From: Candidatus Poribacteria bacterium
GTDB lineage: Bacteria > Poribacteria > WGA-4E > WGA-3G
Length of the DNA stretch: 64,000 nt
Direction: 5' to 3'
Assembly (NCBI GenBank): GCA_965197475.1
Contig: CBDANF010000003.1
Span: 3,648,001 to 3,712,000 of the forward strand
Shown here: piece after piece, positions 56,482-64,000 of the stretch
Layout of the letters: every line of letters starts with the position of its first letter
How positions within the stretch are numbered: position 1 is the first letter of the stretch
Position numbers and translations under genes: made by a program
The notes under the pieces: generated by a model
Told to the model about the DNA's origin: nothing
Databases searched by the model: none
The model's input: the letters and a program-made list of their open reading frames with translations, nothing else

Positions 56482-57893
56482 GTACATGTATTTTAATCGG
56501 CATCTTGTGCCTTCTATGCCTTTTTAACCATGGAAACACCACCCTGGATGCACAGCAAATAACATCCATCCAGATTGAAGTATCAGATCTTGACCCAAAT
56601 TGGCGACCGGAAGTGAACAATTCGCTGACTTTTGAGATAAGTGTCACCGTCCCTGCCGATTTCTCCAGTGGGATGCTAGTCGCAGAGCTCCTAAATGTGA
56701 CAACCTATCCTGGTGCTTCTGGAAATATGTATTCTGTATTTGAGCATTACGGAGAAGATTCTGACGATCTTGGATTTTTTGTTAACATAGGGTGGACAAA
56801 GCCAGATGATAATAACAAGCGAAAACTTAGCTACAACATCTCGGAGACGGGGACGGTATCCCTTACCGTTCTTTGTCGTGACTACGCCGCTTATGGCGAA
56901 TTACAATTGACTGCATCTGGATCCGACGGCGCATCCACCCCGGTTACCTACACATCCAACACGGTTACCGTAAAAATACCCAGAGATGAAAACGGCAATA
57001 AAATTGCCGATGGCTGGCGAAACGATGCAACCGTGAACTACGGGCGGGATGACGATAATGATAGTGGCATCAATTCCAATTACGGCGATAACATCACTGT
57101 CCTCAACGAATACCGAGGTCTGTATGTCAACGGTGCCTGGACAGACACCGATCCCAATGCATGGGATGTTTTCGTCCAATCGAATGCTGGTATCGGTGGT
57201 GCGACTACTTTGCCTATGACCATACATCAAATGTCGTCATCGGAGGTAACGTGGGATGGGGGACAAGTCTACGACTTTGAAATTGAAAGAGAAAGCGGTG
57301 ATACATATAAACGAGTTTACGCCATTCGACTTACGAATGACCCAATGCAACTATCTAACTGTTACCATTACCAAGGTACTGCACTCGGTGAAATGGGACT
57401 TGGTCCTCCCTCATCCAACACAAGAGGTTGTATTTTTACTTCAAGGATATCAAAACATATCGGAGCTTGGGGGATAGGGGATACTACAGGTTTTACAAAT
57501 TCTATCATTGCCCATGAAATTGGGCACGGTGTTAGTCTTCATCATTGTCCGGATTATAACAACCCAAATTGCTATATGTGGGAGGTAGGAGACGGGGTAA
57601 ACCAATTTGTAACCCAGTTCGCCTGTCATCATGATCAAGACTATGCCCTATCCCCAACCACATCTGGTCCACAGTCTCCCGCTGGTGGATTTCGTCCCTA
57701 TAGAAAGTATATTTCCGCAAGCGGATTTTATACTATACAGCGCGAAGATGTTAATTTGGACGGTGTTGTTAATATTCTTGACCTAATCTATGTTGTATCA
57801 CGTATGGGTAGTACCGCTCCAACCACTGCGGATGTTAACAGGGATGGTATCGTTGATATTATAGATTTGTTGTATGTCACTACAGCATTTTGA
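56482..57893 (+). CDS. Secreted zinc metalloprotease-like protein with C-terminal dockerin-like domain; native start removed by the IS
   Basis: Partial signal peptide at the IS edge; IPRDENGNKIADGW, NEYRG, AHEIGHGVSLHHC..CYMW and DVNLDGVVNILD. Confidence 0.75.
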
Positions 57894-58020
57894 ATTAAGT
57901 TTTTTCTCTGAAGAATAGCTGGGGAATTTATACCCTATGTCTACAATGACAGCAGTGTGTAGGTTGGGTAGAAGCAACTGAACCCAACCTACGCTGATAA
58001 GCAAAAGGAGGAACTGGACA

Positions 58021-59217
58021 ATGAAGACCAAATTGTTTTTAATTTTAATCATTCTGTTTGGGGCACTTGCATTTACCCCAAATACCTTTGCCCAAGATTC
58101 ACAGCAATGGCGTTTACGAGAAGAGACGAAAATATTTTTCGGTAAAGGTTACGTATTTGAGATAGCATATTCTCCAAATGACGAGCGTTTAGTGGTGGTG
58201 AGTTCTATTGGCACTTGGCTCTACGATGCACAGACAGGCGAGAAATTTGACCTACTTACAGGACATACGGATCTGATTACATGCGCAAAGTTCAGCCCGG
58301 ATGGAAAAAAACTTGCAACTGGAAGTTTAGACGGTACCATCTATCTACAAGATGTGGAAACAGGTACACACCTCTACACACTCACATGGAATTGGGGGAG
58401 GATCGGAGAAATATCGTTCGGTCCGTATGGAAAAAAAATAGTAGTTAGTAATGCGCTTGGTTTCATCGAGTTATGGGATGTGAACACAGGAAAGTACCTC
58501 CGTACTCTCCGGGTGCCAAGAAGAAATCAGATCAATAATTACCAAGCACTTACTTTGGTAGATGATTTCGTCTCTAGCATCGATTTCAGTCCGGATGGTA
58601 AAACTATCGTAAGTGGAGGTAGTGACAAGACAGTCCATCTTTGGAATGCCAATACAGGACAACCCATCCGAACTTTCATAGGACATACAGATTGGGTTAC
58701 GAGTGTCGTATTCAGTCCGGATAGCAAGACAATCGCAAGTGGCGGTTTTGATAACATCATCCGTTTGTGGAATGCCAATACAGGACAACCCATCCGAACT
58801 TTCATAGGACATACGGATTGGGTTACGAGTATCGTATTCAGTCCGGATGGCAAGACAATCGCAAGTGGCAGTGGAGACAGAACTATCCGTTTGTGGAATG
58901 CCAATACAGGACAACAACACCTCTGTCCCCTCACAGGGCATACGGATTCTGTCACAAGCGTTGTGTTCAGTCCGGATGGCAAGACAATCGCAAGTGGCGG
59001 TCATGACAGCACGGTGCTACTATGGGATATTGTCCCATCACAACTGCCCGAAGATGTCAATAAGGACGGTATTGTCAATATTAAAGACTTGATTGTTGTC
59101 GCGAATGCTTTTGGGGAAACGAAACCGGATCTTAACGGCGATGGAGTTGCTGATATACTGGACTTGCTCATTGTGGCATCAGCATTTGGGAATACGGTTT
59201 CTGCCACTGAAGAATAG
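58021..59217 (+). CDS. Secreted WD40-repeat protein with dockerin-like C-terminus
   Basis: RBS AGGAGG, signal peptide, GH..V.SV.FSPDG..ASG..D.T..LW repeats and DVNKDG.VNI.D. Confidence 0.9.
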   Translation: MKTKLFLILIILFGALAFTPNTFAQDSQQWRLREETKIFFGKGYVFEIAYSPNDERLVVVSSIGTWLYDAQTGEKFDLLTGHTDLITCAKFSPDGKKLATGSLDGTIYLQDVETGTHLYTLTWNWGRIGEISFGPYGKKIVVSNALGFIELWDVNTGKYLRTLRVPRRNQINNYQALTLVDDFVSSIDFSPDGKTIVSGGSDKTVHLWNANTGQPIRTFIGHTDWVTSVVFSPDSKTIASGGFDNIIRLWNANTGQPIRTFIGHTDWVTSIVFSPDGKTIASGSGDRTIRLWNANTGQQHLCPLTGHTDSVTSVVFSPDGKTIASGGHDSTVLLWDIVPSQLPEDVNKDGIVNIKDLIVVANAFGETKPDLNGDGVADILDLLIVASAFGNTVSATEE

Positions 59218-59410
59218 CACGCTTAATGCCACATAAACGGTAGGAGCGATTTTCAAATCATGACACATTCCGTAGGAGCGATCTCCGAATCGTGACCGGT
59301 CGGGAATCGGAATTCCCTCCTACCTTTGTCCTGGGTTTGTAATGATTTCCATAAAAAGGAGATATTGGACAATGAAGACTAAATTCCTTTTGATTTTAAC
59401 CATTTTGTTT
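59182..59410. repeat. Identical gene-end/spacer/gene-start repeat (copy 2 at 61442-61670)
   Basis: 229 bp at offset 2260, including a REP doublet. Confidence 0.95.
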
Positions 59411-61477
59411 ACAATACTTATATTTACTCTAAACACCTTTGCCCAAGATTCCCTGCAATGGCATCTACCCGAAGGTGCGAAAATGCGCCTCGGTAAAGGA
59501 CAGATACATGAGATAGCATACTCTCCAGATGGCACGCGTTTTGCGGTAGGAAGTTCTATCGGAACTTGGCTCTACGATGCGGAAACTGGTGAGGAACTTG
59601 ACCTACTCACGGTGCATACGGTTGCTGTCAGAAGCGTGGCGTTCAGTCCGGATGGAAAAAAAATCGCAAGTGGCAATCAGGACAACAAAATCCGCCTATG
59701 GGATGTGAACACAAGGCAACTTCTCCACACACTTATAGGGCATACGAAAGGTGTTATTAGTATAGCGTTCAGCCCGGATGGGAAAAAAATCGCAAGTAGC
59801 AGTTGGGACGATACAATCCGTCTGTGGAATACCGACACAGGCACACCCCTTCACACACTCACAGGGCATATAGGTGTTGCAGGGCATATAGGTGCGGTCC
59901 ATAGCATAGCGTTCAGCCCGGATGGCAAGACACTCGCAAGTGGCAGCACGGACAAAACCATCCGTCTGTGGGACGTTAATACGGGACAACTTCTTCACAC
60001 ACTCATAGAGCATGCGAATTATGTTGTTAGTGTAGCGTTCAGCCCGGATGGGAAAACACTCGCAAGTGGCAGCACGGACAGAACCATCCGTCTGTGGGAT
60101 ACCGATACAGGCACACTTCTCCGCACAATCACAATCACAGAGCGTATATGGGGGATTTCACACGTCGTATTTAGTCCGGATGGCAAGACAATCGCAGGTG
60201 GCATCACGGACAAAACCATCCGTCTGTGGGATGTTGATACGGGACAACTTCTCCACACACTCATAGGGCATACGAAAAGTGTTATTAGTGTAGCGTTCAG
60301 CCCGGATGGCAAAACACTCACAAGTAGAAGTGCGGACAGAACCATCCGTCTGTGGGATACCGATACAGGAGAACCCCTCCGCACACTCACTTTGCCTTTG
60401 CATTTGTTTTTTGCCTCTACTAACGCTGTGTTCAGTCCGGATGGGAAAACACTCGCAAGTGGCATCACGGACAAAACCATCCATCTGTGGGATGCCGACA
60501 CAGGACAACTTCTCCGTACGCTCACAGGACATACGTTTTCGGTCCGCAGCATAGCGTTCAGTCCGGATGGAAAAAAACTCGTAAGTGGCGGTGAGCGCAT
60601 TATCCGTCTGTGGGATATCGACACAGGCACACCCCTCCGCACACTCACAGGACACGCGTTTTCGGTCCGTAGCGTAGCATTCAGTCCAGATGGAAAAAAA
60701 ATCGCAAGTGGCAGTACGGACAGAACCATCCGTCTGTGGGATGCGGACACAGGCACACCCCTCCGCACGCTCATAGGACATACGAATATTATCAATAGTG
60801 TAGTGTTCAGCCCGGATGGCAAGACAATCGCAAGTGGCAGTGATGATGGCACTATTCGTTTGTGGGATGCGGACACAGGCACACCCCTCCACACAATCAC
60901 AGTGGAAAACCGTTTTATTAATAGTATCGCGTTCAGTCCAGATGGGAAAAAGATCGTAAGTAACGGTCGTGCCCGCACTATCCATCTGTGGGATGCCGAC
61001 ACAGGCACATCCCTTCAAACAATCATACTGTCTCGAGTTCACACAGTTGGTTTGACCTATATCGAGAGTGTCGCATTTAGCCCGGATGGCAGGACAATCG
61101 CAAGTGGTACTGGTTTCAATTATGGCGGTAGACAGGGAGACAACACTATTCATCTATGGGATGCCGATACTGGAGAACATTTACGCACCTTCACAAGGCA
61201 TGCATATCCTGTGGAGCACGTAACGTTTAGTCCGGATGGAAGCACGCTCGCAAGTGTAAGTGGGGATGGTACGGTGCTCCTGTGGGATATTGCACCTTCA
61301 CAACTGTCCGAAGATATTAATGGGGACGGTGTTGTGAATATTCAAGATTTAGTTGCTGTCGCGAATGCTTTTGGGGAAGCAGAACCGGATCTCAACGACG
61401 ATGGTGTTGTTAATATTCAGGACTTGATCATTGTGGCATCGGCATTTGGGAATACGGTTTCTGCCACTGAAGAATAG
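59372..61477 (+). CDS. Secreted WD40-repeat protein (~14 blades) with dockerin-like C-terminus
   Basis: MKTK start after AAGGAG; LPEGAKMRLGKG cap; WD40 repeats. Confidence 0.9.
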   Translation: MKTKFLLILTILFTILIFTLNTFAQDSLQWHLPEGAKMRLGKGQIHEIAYSPDGTRFAVGSSIGTWLYDAETGEELDLLTVHTVAVRSVAFSPDGKKIASGNQDNKIRLWDVNTRQLLHTLIGHTKGVISIAFSPDGKKIASSSWDDTIRLWNTDTGTPLHTLTGHIGVAGHIGAVHSIAFSPDGKTLASGSTDKTIRLWDVNTGQLLHTLIEHANYVVSVAFSPDGKTLASGSTDRTIRLWDTDTGTLLRTITITERIWGISHVVFSPDGKTIAGGITDKTIRLWDVDTGQLLHTLIGHTKSVISVAFSPDGKTLTSRSADRTIRLWDTDTGEPLRTLTLPLHLFFASTNAVFSPDGKTLASGITDKTIHLWDADTGQLLRTLTGHTFSVRSIAFSPDGKKLVSGGERIIRLWDIDTGTPLRTLTGHAFSVRSVAFSPDGKKIASGSTDRTIRLWDADTGTPLRTLIGHTNIINSVVFSPDGKTIASGSDDGTIRLWDADTGTPLHTITVENRFINSIAFSPDGKKIVSNGRARTIHLWDADTGTSLQTIILSRVHTVGLTYIESVAFSPDGRTIASGTGFNYGGRQGDNTIHLWDADTGEHLRTFTRHAYPVEHVTFSPDGSTLASVSGDGTVLLWDIAPSQLSEDINGDGVVNIQDLVAVANAFGEAEPDLNDDGVVNIQDLIIVASAFGNTVSATEE

Positions 61478-61631
61478 CACGCTTAATGCCACATAAACGG
61501 TAGGAGCGATTTTCAAATCATGACACATTCCGTAGGAGCGATCTCCGAATCGTGACCGGTCGGGAATCGGAATTCCCTCCTACCTTTGTCCTGGGTTTGT
61601 AATGATTTCCATAAAAAGGAGATATTGGACA

Positions 61632-63722
61632 ATGAAGACTAAATTCCTTTTGATTTTAACCATTTTGTTTGCGGCACTTACATTTACTCCGAACATTTTT
61701 CCGCAAGATTCACCGCAATGGCATCTACCCGAAGGTGCGAAAATGCGTTTCGGTAAAGGTAGGATATATGAGATAGCATACTCTCCAGATGGCACGCGTT
61801 TGGCGGTGGCAAGCTCCATCGGAGTTTGGCTCTACGATGCGGAGACTGGTGAGGAGCTTGACCTACTCACAGGGCATACAGGTAGAGTTATTAGTGTCGT
61901 ATTTAGTCCGGATGGAAAAACAATCGCAAGTGGGAGTACGGACAGAACTATTCGTCTGTGGAATGTGGACACAGGACAACACATCCGCACGCTTACCGGG
62001 CATGGAGGGACGGTCCAGAGCGTAGCGTTCAGTCCGGATGGGAAAAAAATCGCAAGTGGCAGTAGGGATCATACCCTCCGTCTGTGGGATGCGGACACAG
62101 GCACACTCCTCCATAAATTAATAGGACACCAGGGTGGAGGTGGTCGCGGCGATGTAGAAGCAACTTATGCCTACCTTAGCGTTGCGTTCAGTCCGGATGG
62201 GAAGACACTTGCAGGCGGTAATCAAACAAGTTTTATCAACCTGTGGGATGTGGATACAGGCATGCTCCTCCGTACGCTCATAAGGAATTATGATCATGGT
62301 GATGTCCTTAGCGTGGTATTCAGTCCGGATGGGAAAAAAATCGCAAGCGGCGGTAGCGACGGCACTATCCGTCTGTGGGATGCGGACACAGGCACACCTC
62401 TCTACAGGCTCAGCGGGATTACAGAGCATTTTGCTTTTGTTAATAGCGTCGTTTTCAGTCCGGATGGAAAAACACTTGCAAGTAGCAGTAGCCACCTCGG
62501 TACTATCCATCTGTGGGATGCGGACACAGGCACACCTCTTCGTATACTCACGGGGCATGCGGAGAGTACTTATAGCGTAGTGTTCAGTCCGGATGGCAAT
62601 AAAATCGCAAGTAGTGGGAGGGACAGCACTAGTGACAGCACTATCCGTTTGTGGGATGCCCACACAGGACAACCCATCCGCAAACTCACTGAGCATTTGT
62701 TTTTATCCTCTAACGTTGAGTTTAGTCCGGATGGGGAAATAATCGCAAGCGGCAGCAACAAAGGTACTATCTATCTGTGGGATACTGACACAGGTAAGCT
62801 TCTTCGTCTCCTCACGGGACATGATCGTCGGGTCGATAGCGTAGCGTTCAGCCCAGATAACAAAACAATCGCAAGTAGCAGTGCGGACAGCACTATTCGT
62901 CTGTGGAATGCGGACACAGGCACACACATCCGCACAATCAGAGCGTATGGCGATAGCGTCGTGTTCAGTCCGGATGGAAAAACAATTGTCAGTGGCAGGA
63001 ATTACCGCACTATTCATCTGTGGGATGCGGACACAGGCACACTCCTCCGCACAATCACATGGGATGCAGTTCGAGGCTTTTATAATGTGGTCCTTAGTCC
63101 GGATGGAAAAACAATCGCAAGTGGCAGTTGGGACGGACCTATCTATCTGTTGGATGCGGACACAGGCACACTCCTCCGCACAATCACAGTGCCTCTAAGT
63201 GCTGGCAGTACGCTCGCGTTTAGCCCGGATGGGAAAAAGCTCGTAAGTGACGGTGGTCGCAACCGCACTATACATCTTTGGGATGTGGACACAGGTACAC
63301 TTCTCCAAACACTTACATGGAGTGGAGGTGCTGTCTTTAGCATCGCTTTCAGTCCGGATGGCAAGACAATCGCAAGTGGCAGTAGCGACCATACCATCCG
63401 TTTGTGGGATGCCCAAACAGGAGGAGAACCCCGCCGCGCACTTATAGGGCATACGTATTTTGTTACTAGCGTCGCTTTCAGTCCGGATAGCAAGACAATC
63501 GCAAGTGGCAGTAGCGATGGGACTGTGTTACTATGGGATATTGCACCATCACAACTGTCCGAAGATATTAATGGGGACGGTGTTGTGAATATTCAAGATT
63601 TAGTTGCTGTCGCGAATGCTTTTGGGGAAGCAGAACCGGATCTCAACGACGATGGTGTTGTGAATATTCAGGACTTGATCATTGTGGCATCGGCATTTGG
63701 GAATACGGTTGCCGATCCGTAA
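61632..63722 (+). CDS. Secreted WD40-repeat protein (~14 blades) with dockerin-like C-terminus
   Basis: Same architecture as the preceding gene; the C-terminal ~60 aa are essentially identical. Confidence 0.9.
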   Translation: MKTKFLLILTILFAALTFTPNIFPQDSPQWHLPEGAKMRFGKGRIYEIAYSPDGTRLAVASSIGVWLYDAETGEELDLLTGHTGRVISVVFSPDGKTIASGSTDRTIRLWNVDTGQHIRTLTGHGGTVQSVAFSPDGKKIASGSRDHTLRLWDADTGTLLHKLIGHQGGGGRGDVEATYAYLSVAFSPDGKTLAGGNQTSFINLWDVDTGMLLRTLIRNYDHGDVLSVVFSPDGKKIASGGSDGTIRLWDADTGTPLYRLSGITEHFAFVNSVVFSPDGKTLASSSSHLGTIHLWDADTGTPLRILTGHAESTYSVVFSPDGNKIASSGRDSTSDSTIRLWDAHTGQPIRKLTEHLFLSSNVEFSPDGEIIASGSNKGTIYLWDTDTGKLLRLLTGHDRRVDSVAFSPDNKTIASSSADSTIRLWNADTGTHIRTIRAYGDSVVFSPDGKTIVSGRNYRTIHLWDADTGTLLRTITWDAVRGFYNVVLSPDGKTIASGSWDGPIYLLDADTGTLLRTITVPLSAGSTLAFSPDGKKLVSDGGRNRTIHLWDVDTGTLLQTLTWSGGAVFSIAFSPDGKTIASGSSDHTIRLWDAQTGGEPRRALIGHTYFVTSVAFSPDSKTIASGSSDGTVLLWDIAPSQLSEDINGDGVVNIQDLVAVANAFGEAEPDLNDDGVVNIQDLIIVASAFGNTVADP

Positions 63723-63813
63723 ACCACGGACCGTAGACTTTGCTGTCCATTCAGCACATCGAGATGTTGAAAATAAAATCTGTAATTGCAGACAAGATTT
63801 CCAAGTAACTACC

Positions 63814-63999
63814 CTACTTTGACACATCAGATCTGCGCGGAAAAATCAAGATAGCATCTGAAACCGCGCGCCCTTGGAACCTTGACGTAGGACGAATCCT
63901 ACGGTTACCGCGTGCAGTCTTTGTGTTCTTCTCAGGTGCTGCTTTTTTGGACGGTTGTTTATCTGGTGACGACAGTTTAGCGTTCTTATAAGGTTGTTT
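63814..63999 (-). CDS. 3' end of an unidentified basic ORF entering from outside the window (possibly a transposase tail)
   Basis: Open frame KQPYKNAKLSS..RRSDVSK* from the window edge. Confidence 0.25.
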   Translation of the reverse strand, partial: KQPYKNAKLSSPDKQPSKKAAPEKNTKTARGNRRIRPTSRFQGRAVSDAILIFPRRSDVSK

Positions 64000-64000
64000 A

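Noticed and set aside
58471-63493. Long antisense and alternate-frame ORFs over the WD40 genes
   Set aside because: Shadows of repetitive coding sequence; no independent motifs.
58021-63722. Diversity-generating retroelement behind the paired repeats (also 22009/23920 and 42150/43362)
   Set aside because: No reverse transcriptase in the window, and the differences are not evidently adenine-specific.
1-64000. tRNA, rRNA, prophage or integron
   Set aside because: No cloverleaf, rRNA signature, phage structural gene or tyrosine integrase recognised by eye; a covariance-model scan would be needed to exclude small RNAs.

Overview
This is a bacterial chromosomal window. WD40+dockerin arrays, the C-terminal 'P.GK....WG..K' tag, and dense REP-like intergenic mosaics suggest a sponge-symbiont lineage such as Ca. 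Poribacteria (inference only). Housekeeping genes include the metG 3' end, an addB-like gene, sodA, ftsH-folP-acpS, yigZ, mqnD, dinG, two htrA and ileS. They are interleaved with accessory islands: four IS elements without clear target duplications, two duplicated 'membrane-anchored protein + secreted cargo' cassettes in which the first cargo copy is cut to a signal-peptide stub, a crystallin-flotillin-Zn-finger-M6 protease cluster, a decaying trypsin-TPR/FRG-TPR array, and a WD40-dockerin triplet. The best-supported unannotated element is an Ile-rich leader peptide with terminator and antiterminator upstream of ileS, a type-2 IleRS with a GVHH motif. A promoter-driven, nuclease-less IS200/IS605 right-end (omegaRNA-like) cassette is a second candidate. 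All calls are by eye; no database searches were run.
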